A stretch of 64,000 nt of DNA from Treponema sp. (GCA_016294035.1 JAEDCT010000004.1:66192-130191); one strand, 5' to 3'; shown: positions 1 through 11,303, numbered from the stretch's first letter. Notes: generated by a model not told the origin, from the sequence alone. Translations and numbers: made by a program.

Positions 1-1
1 T

Positions 2-589
2 GTTCCAGAGTTGGCGGAACAGCATCTTGAAAATTCCAGGCTGGATTCTTTTTACATTGAAAACCTCTGGAAATCCCTTGATTCGGTAAATCCTGAGTGC
101 AAGAGTGCCCTTAAGAATCTCATAGGTAAAAAAATCAGAATTGACAATACAGTCTGGGCAATCAGGCTCAGGTTTTATTATGGAATGTCTAAGGAAGAAA
201 TCATTCCGCTTTTGTCTTATTCAGATAAATCCAGAAAACCAGGTGATGTTCTGGCTCAGGAAGCAATTTCAACTTTGGACTGGGATCTTGATGACTACGA
301 CGCATGGTCAAAATGGAAGCATGCAGATCTCCTGAATCCACATGAAGAAGGTGTTGTCTGGACTGTTGATTCAAGATGGATTACTCAGAAAGCAAAGAAT
401 ATGTATGTTGAAAAGGCATACAGGTTATTTCATATTTATCCGTTTACGGAATGTCCTTTGGTGTGCTGGTTTATTGTTAAGCGCAATGAACTTGACAACA
501 TTAGGACTGCATCTGAAAGCCTGAGACTGAACATTGGTTCTTCCCAGGCAATGAATCTTGCAGGTTTTTCGGAGGTTTCAAATGGCTAG
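2..589 (+). CDS. atpC: V/A-type ATP synthase subunit C (V0D/AC39-like), 5'-truncated by window edge
   Basis: Frame is open from the window start. C-terminal KRNELDNIR resembles the end of subunit C, and the gene sits directly before and overlaps subunit I. Confidence 0.7.
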   Translation, partial: VPELAEQHLENSRLDSFYIENLWKSLDSVNPECKSALKNLIGKKIRIDNTVWAIRLRFYYGMSKEEIIPLLSYSDKSRKPGDVLAQEAISTLDWDLDDYDAWSKWKHADLLNPHEEGVVWTVDSRWITQKAKNMYVEKAYRLFHIYPFTECPLVCWFIVKRNELDNIRTASESLRLNIGSSQAMNLAGFSEVSNG

Positions 590-2570
590 AACTACTGCCA
601 TGAGTCTTTTAGAATTAATGATTCTCAAGCAGGATATTCACAACGTTCTCTTATATCTTGGAAAGGAAGGTGATTTCCAGTTTCAGCAGAGTTTTGAGAA
701 GATGTCAGAAACCCAGGATTCTGGCAAGAAAGAAAATCCGGACAGCGTGGTTTTCGACAAGCTTCAGAAAGTCAGGGCTTCTCTGGCATTGGATGATCTT
801 TCATCTTACAAGGGAAAATTGACTTTCCCTCTTGAATCAGACTATGAAATGGCAGAAAACATTAGCCAGGCTGTTGAGTTGCTGCATCAGAAGGAAGTTG
901 CCGCCCAGGAAGAATTCAAGAGAGCATCCAGCGCATATACAGAGGCACTTTCCTTTTCCAATATGAAGGTTCCATATTCCGAGCTTGAATCACTTTCATT
1001 CCTCACACTTAGAATTGGAAAAATTCAGAGTGAAAAATTTGATGAGCTTAGTGCCAAACTTTCAGACAGGTGTATTCTTGTTCCACTTGGGGAAGATAAG
1101 ACCAAGGTTCTCGCTGCTTCATCCAAGAAGGCAAGGTTTGGCCTTGATGCAGACTTGAAGGAGGCTGGTTTTGTTGAACTTGAGATTCCTTCTGATTTTA
1201 AGGGAATCCCTGATGATGTTCTTGAGACACTCAAGGTTCGTCGTGATGAGGCAGAAAAATATCTTGAGGAAATCAGTACTGAAAGAAAAAACTACGCAGA
1301 TACTCACAAGGATGAAATTTATCTGCTTCTCCAGAAGTTTTCTGTTGGATGTCAGATTTACAAGGTTGAGAACAATCTTGAGTCTACTGAATATGTCTAT
1401 AGAATCACATTGTGGGTTCCTGCATATAAGGCAAAAAAAGTAATGAAGGATCTGGACGAGCTTACTGCAACAAGAGCGGCTTTTCGTCTCTATGCTCCAA
1501 GCGAAGTTCCGGATGTAGTTTCAGGCAAGGAAAAAGTTCCGGTTCAGCTCAAGCACGGAAAGCTTGTGTCTAACTTTGAGAGAATGATTTTCAGTTATGG
1601 TGCTCCACTTTACGGAACTGTGGATCCAACTCCATTTGTTGCCGTTTTCTTCTCGATCCTTTTCGGAATTATGTTCGGTGATGCAGGACAGGGACTTGTA
1701 TTCCTCGTTCTTGGAATTCTTGCTTCCAACAAGAAAATCAAGCTGGCCGGATGGGAAAAATTTGGTCCTATTCTCACGGCTATTGGTATTACGTCAACAA
1801 TAATGGGTGTTCTTACTGGTGAATTCTTCGCCAATGAGACAATTCTTGAACCTTTTGCATTGTGGGTAACAGGACTTTTCGGTCATGCCCATGCTCCTAT
1901 TTTACACATGATGCCAGGCAGCGAATCTTCATCAATTACAAGAATGTTCACTTTCTTTGGATTTACCATTGCGGTTGGTTTTGCAATCAATACCTGCGGA
2001 ATCATTATCAACATTGTGAATCAGATTTCATTGAAAAGAATCGGGCGAGTACTTTTCGGCAAGACAGGAATTTCAGGAGCTCTCTTTTTCTGGTACGTGA
2101 TTGCTTTTGCATTAAGGGTTGCATTCTTCAATCATGTTCCAGCTTTGTATGACTGGGTTATTATTGGTGGTTCTCTTTTGCTTTCTGCTTTTGGTGAACC
2201 TCTTGAGCGCCTTATAGAAGGGGAACGGCCTGTTCTTGAAAATGGAGTTCTTTCATGTGTTATTGGTGCTGTTGTTGAGATTATTGAAATAATTTCTTCG
2301 TATCTTTCAAATACAGTTAGTTTCGTTCGTGTTGGTGCATTTGCCCTGGCGCATGCGGTTCTCGGATTTATCATTAATTCTTTGGTTGAAATTACACCGG
2401 GAGTTGGTGGACTAATTGTTGCAGTTATTGGAAATGCAATTGTTGTTGTTCTTGAGGGAATGATTGTTGCAATTCAGGTTGTCAGGCTCCAGTACTATGA
2501 GTTCTTCTCGAAGTTCTTCACGGAAACTGGACGGGAATTCAAGCCATTCAGGTTTGAATACAAAAAATAG
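582..2570 (+). CDS. atpI: V/A-type ATP synthase subunit I (a)
   Basis: Motifs VDPTPFVAVFFSILFGIMFGDAGQG, SNTVSFVRVGAFALAH and RLQYYEFFSKFF. GGAGG at 571-575 favours ATG 582. Confidence 0.95.
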   Translation: MARTTAMSLLELMILKQDIHNVLLYLGKEGDFQFQQSFEKMSETQDSGKKENPDSVVFDKLQKVRASLALDDLSSYKGKLTFPLESDYEMAENISQAVELLHQKEVAAQEEFKRASSAYTEALSFSNMKVPYSELESLSFLTLRIGKIQSEKFDELSAKLSDRCILVPLGEDKTKVLAASSKKARFGLDADLKEAGFVELEIPSDFKGIPDDVLETLKVRRDEAEKYLEEISTERKNYADTHKDEIYLLLQKFSVGCQIYKVENNLESTEYVYRITLWVPAYKAKKVMKDLDELTATRAAFRLYAPSEVPDVVSGKEKVPVQLKHGKLVSNFERMIFSYGAPLYGTVDPTPFVAVFFSILFGIMFGDAGQGLVFLVLGILASNKKIKLAGWEKFGPILTAIGITSTIMGVLTGEFFANETILEPFALWVTGLFGHAHAPILHMMPGSESSSITRMFTFFGFTIAVGFAINTCGIIINIVNQISLKRIGRVLFGKTGISGALFFWYVIAFALRVAFFNHVPALYDWVIIGGSLLLSAFGEPLERLIEGERPVLENGVLSCVIGAVVEIIEIISSYLSNTVSFVRVGAFALAHAVLGFIINSLVEITPGVGGLIVAVIGNAIVVVLEGMIVAIQVVRLQYYEFFSKFFTETGREFKPFRFEYKK

Positions 2571-2715
2571 TTTTTCGAAAACGGGCCTTTTTTTGACCTG
2601 TGAAACTGTGGTTTGGGAAAATAAGATAAAAAATACCAATAATCTGGAAGGTTTGGATTTTTGTCTTTTTAAGATTTGCGTTGCAAATTTATAGTTTATA
2701 TATTAGGAGAAAATT

Positions 2716-3030
2716 ATGAACAAGAAATTTTTTGCTTCTCTGGTAACATTGCTTGCTATTGGATGCGCATGTGTTTTCGCAGAAGATGCAGAAACAACTA
2801 AGAATGCTGCTACAGGAATTGCAGGCTCAATCAAGTACATTGCCGCAGCCCTTGCTGTTGGTATTGCTTGTATTAGTGGTGGTACTGCTGTTGCAAAGAT
2901 TGGTTCTGCTGCAATGGGTGCTATGAGTGAAAATGCTGAACTTTCAGGAAAGGCACTTCCATTCGTAGGTCTTGCTGAAGGTATCTGTCTCTGGGGATTC
3001 CTTGTAGCATTGTTCATCATCATTATGTAA
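2716..3030 (+). CDS. atpK: V/A-type ATP synthase subunit K (c, proteolipid)
   Basis: Small Gly/Ala-rich hairpin with ion-binding Glu (GLAEGIC), AGGAG RBS and operon context. Confidence 0.93.
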   Translation: MNKKFFASLVTLLAIGCACVFAEDAETTKNAATGIAGSIKYIAAALAVGIACISGGTAVAKIGSAAMGAMSENAELSGKALPFVGLAEGICLWGFLVALFIIIM

Positions 3031-3120
3031 ATAAATCACATTGAGATAGGGTTTCCCTGGTTTGTATCGGGGGACCATTATTCTCTTGTGTTTTGCTTGC
3101 AGTCGATTTAATGACGGTTT

Positions 3121-3456
3121 ATGGAATTTTTTGTATTGGGTGAACGGGAACTTGTTCTTGGATTCATGCTTGCAGGTGTGAAGGGGCAGGCCGTTACCAA
3201 CCGACAGGATGCATTGGAATCTTTTTTGCGTGTCACTGGACAATCTTCATCTTCTCAGTCTTTGGTTGAGGCAGAAAGACCAGAGATTTTGATTTTGACT
3301 GAGGATGTTGCCGATATGATTTCGACTGAGGTTCAGTCATGGCAAATGAAGGCTAAGGCACCTCTGATTGTAGAAATCCCTGGTTTGAATGGTCATGCCA
3401 AGGGAAGAAAGACTCTTACTGATTCAATTAGAGAAGCAGTGGGAATCAATGTTTAG
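3121..3456 (+). CDS. atpF: V/A-type ATP synthase subunit F
   Basis: VLGERELVLGFMLAGV ... PLIVEIP ... IREAVGI pattern and operon context. Confidence 0.92.
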   Translation: MEFFVLGERELVLGFMLAGVKGQAVTNRQDALESFLRVTGQSSSSQSLVEAERPEILILTEDVADMISTEVQSWQMKAKAPLIVEIPGLNGHAKGRKTLTDSIREAVGINV

Positions 3457-3467
3457 GAATATTTAAT

Positions 3468-4088
3468 ATGGAAGAATTACGTTCAACAGAAGTTTTGGAT
3501 AAGGAAATCCGTGCAGAAAGCGTAAAGAAAGCAGAAAAAATTCTTGCCAGTGCTGAAGCAAAGGCTCAGGAACTGCTTTCGGGTGTTGACCTTCGTGTTG
3601 CAGAAACAAAAAAGACTGCAGAAGAAAACATGAAATCGCGTTTGGCATTATATGAGAAAAATGTAAATGCATCGGTTCCTCTTGAAAGGCAGCGCTATCT
3701 TGTGTCTTTCATCAATAACTCTGTTATGGACGCAATCAATGATTATATGGGTAGTCTGACTCAGGACAGGAAAGACTCTCTCATAGAAAAAGAACTTGCA
3801 AAGGCAAAGAATATTATTGGAGCAAGAAAAGTAACATGCCTTGCTGTTGGAAAAATGGATTCTGCTTCATGTGAAAAAATCGTGAAGAGTGTCCTTGGAA
3901 ATGTGGTGGCTGGTTGTACTGCATCTTCCGGTGAAGAAAAAAACTGCCTTGAATATGGACTTATACTCAAGACTGAAGATGGAAAACTTACATGCCGTCT
4001 TACTCTTGAAGAAATCATAAATAACTTGCTCGCCAGAAAAAGGGAAGAACTTGCCCTTGCTCTATTTGACGGGAGGTTGCCAGAATGA
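3468..4088 (+). CDS. atpE: V/A-type ATP synthase subunit E
   Basis: N-terminal charged coiled coil, C-terminal [18 protein letters not shown], and position before subunit A. Confidence 0.8.
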   Translation: MEELRSTEVLDKEIRAESVKKAEKILASAEAKAQELLSGVDLRVAETKKTAEENMKSRLALYEKNVNASVPLERQRYLVSFINNSVMDAINDYMGSLTQDRKDSLIEKELAKAKNIIGARKVTCLAVGKMDSASCEKIVKSVLGNVVAGCTASSGEEKNCLEYGLILKTEDGKLTCRLTLEEIINNLLARKREELALALFDGRLPE

Positions 4089-5845
4089 TTACTGGAAAAA
4101 TCAAGCGAATCTCAGGACCTATTGTTTATGCTGAAGGTTTGGAGAAATGCGGTCTTTACGATGTTGTTGATGTTGGATCAAATCGCCTTATTGGTGAAAT
4201 CATCCGTCAGAACGAAGGTCTTGCTACAATTCAGGTTTACGAAGATGTAAGCGGAATGCATATTGGAGAGGATGTAGTTTCCAGCGAGCGTCCTCTTTCT
4301 CTTAAGCTTGGTCCCGGACTTGTAGGAACAATTTACGACGGAATACAGCGGCCGCTCAAGGAAATGTATGAAGACAAGGGAGCATTCCTTTTGCCTGGCC
4401 AGAGAACTTCTCCAATTGATTCTGAAAAAAAATGGGAATTTAATGCAGTTCTTTCCGAGGGTGATTCAATTGAGCCTGGAAAAGTAATTGGTACTGTACA
4501 GGAAACAGGTTCCATTCTCCATTCGATTATGGTTCCTCCGACAATCAAGGGAACAAAACTTGCCTCTTTCAAGGGAAGCGGATCATATACAGTTGATGAA
4601 GTCATTGCAAAAACTGAACTTGGTGAAGAAATTATGATGAGTCATTATTGGCCATTGAGAAAGCCTCGTCCTTTTGCACAGAAACTTGAGGTGAGTCAGC
4701 CTCTTATTACAGGTCAGCGTGTAATTGATGTGTTCTTTCCTCTTTCAAAAGGTGGAACAGCAGCCATTCCAGGTGGATTCGGAACTGGAAAGACAATGAC
4801 TCAGCATGCCGTAGCAAAATGGTGTGATGCAGATCTCATTGTATATATTGGTTGTGGTGAGCGTGGAAATGAAATGACTGATGTTCTTACTGAATTTCCT
4901 ACACTTATTGACCCAAGAACCGGACGATCTTTGATGGAACGCACGATTCTTATTGCCAATACTTCAAACATGCCTGTTGCAGCACGAGAGGTTTCACTTT
5001 ATTCAGGAATTACCCTTGCTGAGTATTATAGAGACATGGGACTTCATGTTGCTATTATGGCTGACTCAACATCTCGATGGGCAGAAGCCTTGCGTGAACT
5101 TTCAGGTCGAATGGAAGAAATGCCGGCAGAAGAAGGATATCCTGCATATCTTCCAACCCGTCTTGCAGAATTCTATGAAAGAGCAGGTCGTGTAAATTCT
5201 CTCTGTGGAAAGGAAGGGTCTGTTTCTGTAATTGGTGCCGTTAGCCCGGCCGGTGGTGACTTCAGTGAACCTGTAACTCAGCATACCAAACGATTCATCA
5301 GGTGTTTCTGGGCTTTGGATCGGGAACTTGCAAATGCCCGCCATTATCCAGCCATCGGATGGATTGATTCATATTCAGAGTACGCTTCGGAAATCAAGGA
5401 GTGGTGGGACAAGGTTGACCCGATGTGGGCATCTGTTCGCATAAAGGCACTTGATCTTCTCAAGAAGGAGCAGAGACTCCAGCAGATAGTACGCCTTATT
5501 GGTGCTGATGCTCTCCCTGATTCAGACCGTCTTGTTCTTATTGTTTGTGAAATGATCAAGAACGGATTCTTGCAGCAGAATGCTTTTGATGATATTGATG
5601 CGTATTCAGTTCCTGCAAAGCAGCTGAGTATTCTTCTTCTCATAATGGATTTCTATGCACATGCCCTTGAAATCATCAAGTCTGGTTGTCCACTCTTGAA
5701 GATTACTGAGCTTTCTGTGAGAAATGAAATTATTCGTGCAAAGAGTACTGTTCCAAATGACAGGCTTTCAGATCTGGAAACAATCAGGGGTCATCTTGAT
5801 GATCAGTTTGCTGAGCTTAGGCGCATGTACAGTAAAGAGTCTTAG
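4085..5845 (+). CDS. atpA: V/A-type ATP synthase subunit A
   Basis: Walker [32 protein letters not shown] and EEGYPAYL. Confidence 0.98.
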   Translation: MITGKIKRISGPIVYAEGLEKCGLYDVVDVGSNRLIGEIIRQNEGLATIQVYEDVSGMHIGEDVVSSERPLSLKLGPGLVGTIYDGIQRPLKEMYEDKGAFLLPGQRTSPIDSEKKWEFNAVLSEGDSIEPGKVIGTVQETGSILHSIMVPPTIKGTKLASFKGSGSYTVDEVIAKTELGEEIMMSHYWPLRKPRPFAQKLEVSQPLITGQRVIDVFFPLSKGGTAAIPGGFGTGKTMTQHAVAKWCDADLIVYIGCGERGNEMTDVLTEFPTLIDPRTGRSLMERTILIANTSNMPVAAREVSLYSGITLAEYYRDMGLHVAIMADSTSRWAEALRELSGRMEEMPAEEGYPAYLPTRLAEFYERAGRVNSLCGKEGSVSVIGAVSPAGGDFSEPVTQHTKRFIRCFWALDRELANARHYPAIGWIDSYSEYASEIKEWWDKVDPMWASVRIKALDLLKKEQRLQQIVRLIGADALPDSDRLVLIVCEMIKNGFLQQNAFDDIDAYSVPAKQLSILLLIMDFYAHALEIIKSGCPLLKITELSVRNEIIRAKSTVPNDRLSDLETIRGHLDDQFAELRRMYSKES

Positions 5846-5865
5846 TAGTAGAAAGGAAAGTTGCA

Positions 5866-7248
5866 ATGAAGGGTATTGAATATTCAGGACTTAATTCTGT
5901 TGACGGACCAATTGTAGTTGTAAAGCGAAGTGAAAATTCTTCCTATGATGAAGTTGTATTTGTTCGTGACAAGAATGGTGAAAAGCGTACTGGTCGAATT
6001 ATTGACTTGAATGAAGAGACTGCTGTCGTTCAGATTTTTGGAAGTACAACAGGCCTTGATCTTGAAAGCACTACAGTTGAATTCCTTGAAGAACCAATGG
6101 AGTTGAGGGTTGGAAAGGGGCTTCTTGGTCGTATTTTCAACGGACTCGGTAAGCCTATTGATGGTTATCCTGAAATCATCAGTGACAAGAAAGTCAACGT
6201 AAACGGAAATCCAATCAATCCTTATGCCCGTGTTTATCCCCGTGACTTTATCCAGACTGGAATTTCATCAATTGATGGTATGAACACCCTTATTCGTGGA
6301 CAGAAACTTCCAATCTTCAGTGGAAACGGTCTGCCTCACAACAAGCTCGCTGCCCAGATCATTCGTCAGGCAAAACTCAAGGGAAGTGATGAAGACTTCG
6401 TTATGGTTTTTGCCGGCATGGGAATCAAGTATGACGTTTCTCAGTTCTTCAAGCATACATTTGAGGAATCTGGTGTATTGTCAAAGGTCGTAATGTTTCA
6501 GTCCCTGGCAGATGCTCCTTCAATCGAGCGTATTATCACACCTCGCTGTGCTCTTACTGCAGCTGAGTACCTGGCATACGAATGCAACATGCATGTTCTT
6601 GTTGTAATGACAGATATGACAAACTATTGCGAGGCTTTGCGTGAAATTTCCACAACTCGCGGCGAGGTTCCAGGACGAAAGGGTTATCCGGGATATTTGT
6701 ATTCAAACCTTGCAGAACTTTATGAAAGGGCAGGAAAGATTCAGGGATCAACAGGTTCAATTACACAGATTCCAATTCTTTCTATGCCTAATGATGATAT
6801 TTCACATCCTATTCCAGACCTTACAGGTTATATTACTGAAGGGCAGATTGTTCTTGACCGTGAAATGAGCCAGAAGGGTATGTATCCTCCTGTTGCCGGA
6901 CTTCCGTCTTTGTCACGACTCATGAAGGACGGTATTGGAAACGGAATGACCCGAGAGGACCATGCCCCTGTTTCAAGCCAGCTCTTTGCCGCATACAGTA
7001 AGGTTAAGACTATCAGAAATCTTGCATCGATTATTGGTGAGGAAGAACTTTCTGAACTGGATCAGCTTTACCTGAAGTTTGGAAACGAGCTTGAGTCAAA
7101 GTTTTTCACACAAGGTGAGTATGAAGACAGAAGCATCGAAGAAACTCTTGATCTTGGATGGAAAATTCTTTCGATTCTCCCAAGAGAGGAACTTTACCGA
7201 ATCAAGGATGAGTTGATTGACAAGTATCTCCCAAAGGGAACTAACTGA
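5866..7248 (+). CDS. atpB: V/A-type ATP synthase subunit B
   Basis: [21 protein letters not shown] and [15 protein letters not shown]. Confidence 0.98.
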   Translation: MKGIEYSGLNSVDGPIVVVKRSENSSYDEVVFVRDKNGEKRTGRIIDLNEETAVVQIFGSTTGLDLESTTVEFLEEPMELRVGKGLLGRIFNGLGKPIDGYPEIISDKKVNVNGNPINPYARVYPRDFIQTGISSIDGMNTLIRGQKLPIFSGNGLPHNKLAAQIIRQAKLKGSDEDFVMVFAGMGIKYDVSQFFKHTFEESGVLSKVVMFQSLADAPSIERIITPRCALTAAEYLAYECNMHVLVVMTDMTNYCEALREISTTRGEVPGRKGYPGYLYSNLAELYERAGKIQGSTGSITQIPILSMPNDDISHPIPDLTGYITEGQIVLDREMSQKGMYPPVAGLPSLSRLMKDGIGNGMTREDHAPVSSQLFAAYSKVKTIRNLASIIGEEELSELDQLYLKFGNELESKFFTQGEYEDRSIEETLDLGWKILSILPREELYRIKDELIDKYLPKGTN

Positions 7249-7868
7249 TGGCCAAACTGAATATTGCACCAACAAAATCTAATCTTCTCGCAATTAAGGA
7301 ACAGCTTGCTGTTTCAACTGCGGGGTATGATTTGCTTGAGCAGAAACGTGAAATTCTCGTAATGGAACTCATGCGCATTGTTGAGCAGGTAAAGCTTCTT
7401 GAGGCACAGATTGATAAGTGCATTGAAAAGGCATATCCGGCACTCAAAAGAATGCTCATGTCTGTTGGTGGTGATAGAGTTGAAAGAATTGCCCATGGTG
7501 TTGAATATAAATTTGAAATCTCAGAAAAGCAAAATGCCATCGCCGGAATGAGTTTCACGAATCTTGAAGTCACTCTTCCGAAAAAACAGTTGTTTTCATC
7601 ATTTCTCGGGTCAACTGCAGACAGTGACGAGGTAATGTCCGATTTCTTTGAGCTTCTTTCAATCCTCGCTCAAATGGCAGGAATCAGAACAATTGCCTGG
7701 AGACTAGCCCTGGAAGTAAAGAAGACCCAGCGCAGGGTTAATGCCCTGGACAAAATGGTTATTCCTCAGGACAGGGAAACCGTGAAATATATCGAAGGTG
7801 TTCTTGAGGAAAGGGAAAGGGACAACGTGTTTGTCATGAAATCCCTTAAAAAACGCCAGGGTTTCTGA
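7248..7868 (+). CDS. atpD: V/A-type ATP synthase subunit D
   Basis: APTKSNL...GYDLLEQKREIL and KKTQRRVNAL; TGATG coupling to atpB. Confidence 0.96.
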   Translation: MAKLNIAPTKSNLLAIKEQLAVSTAGYDLLEQKREILVMELMRIVEQVKLLEAQIDKCIEKAYPALKRMLMSVGGDRVERIAHGVEYKFEISEKQNAIAGMSFTNLEVTLPKKQLFSSFLGSTADSDEVMSDFFELLSILAQMAGIRTIAWRLALEVKKTQRRVNALDKMVIPQDRETVKYIEGVLEERERDNVFVMKSLKKRQGF

Positions 7869-8341
7869 TGATCAAGTCTCTTTTTCAAAAGGTAATTGTG
7901 GCCTACAATGGTTCAAAATCTTCTCTTAATGCCCTGATGTATGGGATTGTCCTGGCCAAGATTCATAAAATCCAGCTTAAAATTGTTTATGTAGTTGATT
8001 CTGCTTCCATAAAATCCCTGGTTCTAACAAAAATAATGATTGTTGAGGAAGGTGAAAGGGTAAGAAAGGCTCTTGAAGAAGACGGAAAGAAGAACCTGGA
8101 ATATGCCCTGTCACTTGCAAAAAAGAAGGGCGTTAATGCTGAAGCTGACCTTCGTTCCGGTTCAGTCTGGAGTGAAATCATCAGTGCCGCTAATTCTTTT
8201 GATGCCAGCCTGATTCTTATTGGTGGCCAGGGAAACGGAAAAGATATTTCAAGGCAGGACAGTGAAATAATCGCCAGGTCCCAGTGCTCTGTCATGGTTG
8301 TCAAGGATGTCTACATGGAACAGAAATTTAAGTTAGCCTAG
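7868..8341 (+). CDS. Universal stress protein (UspA family)
   Basis: KVIVAYNGSKSS, VYVVD, GSVWSEII and CSVMVVK; TGATG overlap with atpD. Confidence 0.88.
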   Translation: MIKSLFQKVIVAYNGSKSSLNALMYGIVLAKIHKIQLKIVYVVDSASIKSLVLTKIMIVEEGERVRKALEEDGKKNLEYALSLAKKKGVNAEADLRSGSVWSEIISAANSFDASLILIGGQGNGKDISRQDSEIIARSQCSVMVVKDVYMEQKFKLA

Positions 8342-8460
8342 TGTAACTAATTGATTAAGTTCTGTTTATCTGATATTTTGACTTGAATAAAGTGCTTTTT
8401 GTGACTGAGTTTTGTGATTTTTTATGCACTTGTTGAATTGTTATTAATTTGGAGGATTAT

Positions 8461-9684
8461 ATGATAGAAAGAAATGAAGGATTTGCAAATCTTACGGCAG
8501 GATATCTTTTTCCTGAAGTAGCAAAGAGACGCCGTGAATATCAGGCCGCCCATCCGGAAGCAAAGATTATCAGTCTTGGTATTGGTAATACAACAGAACC
8601 ATTGACACCTCACATCATGCAGGCAATGGTTGATTATGCAAAAGGCCTTGGAACAAAAGAAGGCTATTCAGGATATGGAGATGAGCAGGGAAACACAGTG
8701 CTGCGCTCAAAGATTGCAGAAAAACTCTATCCTGGAATGGCAAGTGCCGATGAGGTTTTCATCAGTGATGGTGCAAAGTGTGATATTGCCAGAATTCAGA
8801 CTCTTTTTGGATCAAAGACAAAGATTGCAGTTCAGGATCCGGCTTATCCTGTTTATGTTGACGGAAGCGTAATTACTGGTGCTGCAGGAAAGAACGACGG
8901 AAACGGATACAAGGGAGTTACATATCTTCCATGTACAGAAGAAAACGGATTTTTCCCGGATTTGTCAAAGATTGGGAAGGACACTCTCATTTATTTCTGC
9001 TCTCCAAACAATCCGACAGGTGTTGCAAGTACTCGTGATCAGCTTAAGAAACTTGTTGATTTTGCCAATGACAACGGATGCATCATTATTTACGATAGTG
9101 CATACTATGCATTTATCCGGGACAACAGCATTCCAAAGACAATCTATGAAATTGAGGGTGCAAGAAAGTGTGCAATTGAAATCAACTCATTCTCAAAGCT
9201 TGCCGGATTCACAGGTGTTCGTCTTGGCTGGAGCGTTGTCCCTGCAGACATCAAGTTTGCAGATGGAACTCCTGTAAAGCAGGACTGGAATCGCGTTGCC
9301 ACAACTTTGTTCAACGGTGCCTCGAATATTGTTCAGGCCGGTGGATTGGCTTGTCTTGATGATGAGGGAATGAAGGAAACAAAGGAACTTGTTGATTACT
9401 ATCTTGAGAATGCAAGGCTTATGGAAAAGACTCTCAAGGGAGAAAACTTTGCCTCAAGAAATGTAAAGGTATTCTATACAGGTGATTCCCCATATCTTTG
9501 GGTAAAGTTCACTGGATGGAAGAGTTGGGATATCTTCGATCTTATCCTGGATAAGTGCAATGTTGTTACTACTCCGGGTTCCGGCTTTGGTCCTGCAGGT
9601 GAAAGCTATCTCAGATTCAGCTGTTTCGGTCATCGTGCAGATGTTGAGGAAGCTTGCAATCGTCTTTCAAAACTCGAATTCTAA
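8461..9684 (+). CDS. dapL: LL-diaminopimelate aminotransferase
   Basis: AGYLFPEV, ISLGIGNTTEP, SDGAKCDI, CSPNNPTG and SFSKLAGFTGVRLGW (PLP Lys). GGAGG precedes ATG 8461. Confidence 0.96.
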   Translation: MIERNEGFANLTAGYLFPEVAKRRREYQAAHPEAKIISLGIGNTTEPLTPHIMQAMVDYAKGLGTKEGYSGYGDEQGNTVLRSKIAEKLYPGMASADEVFISDGAKCDIARIQTLFGSKTKIAVQDPAYPVYVDGSVITGAAGKNDGNGYKGVTYLPCTEENGFFPDLSKIGKDTLIYFCSPNNPTGVASTRDQLKKLVDFANDNGCIIIYDSAYYAFIRDNSIPKTIYEIEGARKCAIEINSFSKLAGFTGVRLGWSVVPADIKFADGTPVKQDWNRVATTLFNGASNIVQAGGLACLDDEGMKETKELVDYYLENARLMEKTLKGENFASRNVKVFYTGDSPYLWVKFTGWKSWDIFDLILDKCNVVTTPGSGFGPAGESYLRFSCFGHRADVEEACNRLSKLEF

Positions 9685-9690
9685 GTTTAA

Positions 9691-9779
9691 AAAAGAGGCT
9701 GCCTTAAATGATTTGATTCGTGGTGTTATTCTGTTTTCTTTCAGAATGGCCATGAATTAAACTTTTGGCAGCCGCTTTT
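9691..9779. terminator. Large-loop inverted repeat between convergent genes (likely bidirectional terminator)
   Basis: AAAAGAGGCTGCC ... GGCAGCCGCTTTT arms. Confidence 0.5.
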
Positions 9780-9803
9780 GTTATGAAGGACTTAATGTTT
9801 TTT

Positions 9804-11048
9804 TTAGAATGCTGTCTGGAAACCTACGCGTGCAGATATGGCATTCTTAATGTCATCAAGCTTTGTCACGTTGACTGTTGCACTTGCTTCAAGCGCCCCG
9901 CCGAACATGTCCAGGTTAGCGTATGGTGTTATGCAAAAATCCTTTTCGTCTGAAAAGTCAAAGTCATCAAAATCACATTCGGAAATTGTGAATGTAGCGT
10001 GAACTCCACCCGTAAAGTTTGTGGATCCGATGTAAAGATTGTTTGAGCACAGCGTGATGTTAGCTCCGGTAACGCATTTTGCATCCGGGTTGTTCATGTT
10101 CACAAGATGTCTCAGGTATATCATGTCTCGTGCACTAAGATATGGAATGTTGAAAGCCGCAATGTTGATGTTTCCGTATTTTGTTATGAGTCTTGGTTCA
10201 ATTACAAAGTAAAGGTCATTCTTGTTCAGTGTGTCTGTGTCGTTATCCTTGTCGATGGTAATTTTGTTGATTCCAGCCTGAATGAAGACTGTTGTCGTGT
10301 TTACGTTACCCAAAAGTGCATTTATTCCCCAGTGAAGCTGAATTTCCTTGATTGCAAATGCATCTGTCGTATCATTGTTGAGGGGACATGTAAATCCTGC
10401 TGCCAGGTCAAGAGATGCTCTTCTCATTACTGCTGCGTATCTGAAGTCCCAGTTGAAGGAATCCTGTGATTCAAATGAATCCAGGGAAGTTGTTGCCTCA
10501 TTCTTGTATACGTAGAGTCCTACTGCAAAATTTGAATCAGGGTGCATTACATAGGAAAGTCCTGTTGCGTAAAATGGATAAATGCTTGATCCTGAAAGCC
10601 CGTGCCAGCTTTTAGTTATCAGAGAAGAAATTTCAGGGATTCCGAATTGTCTTTGAAGAAAAATATCAGATCCGATTGGTTCATATCTTCCTCGGAAAAG
10701 GCTGATATAGTGGTTTGTTGATTCTCCGTTTATGGTATATGTGCCAGAAAGCTCTTCAATCCTGAATTTTGCATTGTTTGGGTTTGCGTCGTTGTCAAAA
10801 ATTGTGCTGTCAAACAGATTTCCTGCCTGAAGGTAAAGATCGCACCTGAGCAGAACTTTTCCTGAAAAATCAAGTTGTCCGGAAAAAAAGTTGTCTGCAT
10901 TGAATTCCGGTGAAAAATCATCAGAGTCGGTTTCGTTTGCCAAAGTTGCCATGAATCCTGCACATCCTGAGAAATAAGGCGTTTCTATGGCCCATGATGC
11001 GGCAGTAAGCAAAAGTGCCATTGCGCAAGATAAAGCTGTTTTTTTCAA
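9804..11048 (-). CDS. Exported hypothetical protein, probable outer-membrane beta-barrel
   Basis: GGAGG precedes TTG 11048. Signal peptide ends ASWA, the sequence has amphipathic beta-strand patterns, and it ends ISARVGFQTAF with a terminal Phe. Confidence 0.65.
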   Translation of the reverse strand: MKKTALSCAMALLLTAASWAIETPYFSGCAGFMATLANETDSDDFSPEFNADNFFSGQLDFSGKVLLRCDLYLQAGNLFDSTIFDNDANPNNAKFRIEELSGTYTINGESTNHYISLFRGRYEPIGSDIFLQRQFGIPEISSLITKSWHGLSGSSIYPFYATGLSYVMHPDSNFAVGLYVYKNEATTSLDSFESQDSFNWDFRYAAVMRRASLDLAAGFTCPLNNDTTDAFAIKEIQLHWGINALLGNVNTTTVFIQAGINKITIDKDNDTDTLNKNDLYFVIEPRLITKYGNINIAAFNIPYLSARDMIYLRHLVNMNNPDAKCVTGANITLCSNNLYIGSTNFTGGVHATFTISECDFDDFDFSDEKDFCITPYANLDMFGGALEASATVNVTKLDDIKNAISARVGFQTAF

Positions 11049-11303
11049 TTTGACCTCCAAAATAGTAATCCCATTTGGTATATTTTCGGAAAAAATCACA
11101 TGCAAGTTAAGGCAAAGTCTTGTTTATTTGAATATATCTTTCTCCAGACGGTAAGTTCAATTATTACGGTTGATTTTGAATTTTCCCAGAAATCTGGAAT
11201 ATCTTTTGCAATCAGAAAAAAATTATGATTATGTGATTGTTCTGTCCGTGACGATGAATTTTTGTTTTGGAAGTCTAAAATATCAAAAATAACTTGTTAA
11301 AAC

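Noticed and set aside
11100..11120. Sigma54-like TTGCA upstream of the barrel gene, and TGGCAT at 17847
   Set aside because: Neither has the GG-N10-GC geometry.
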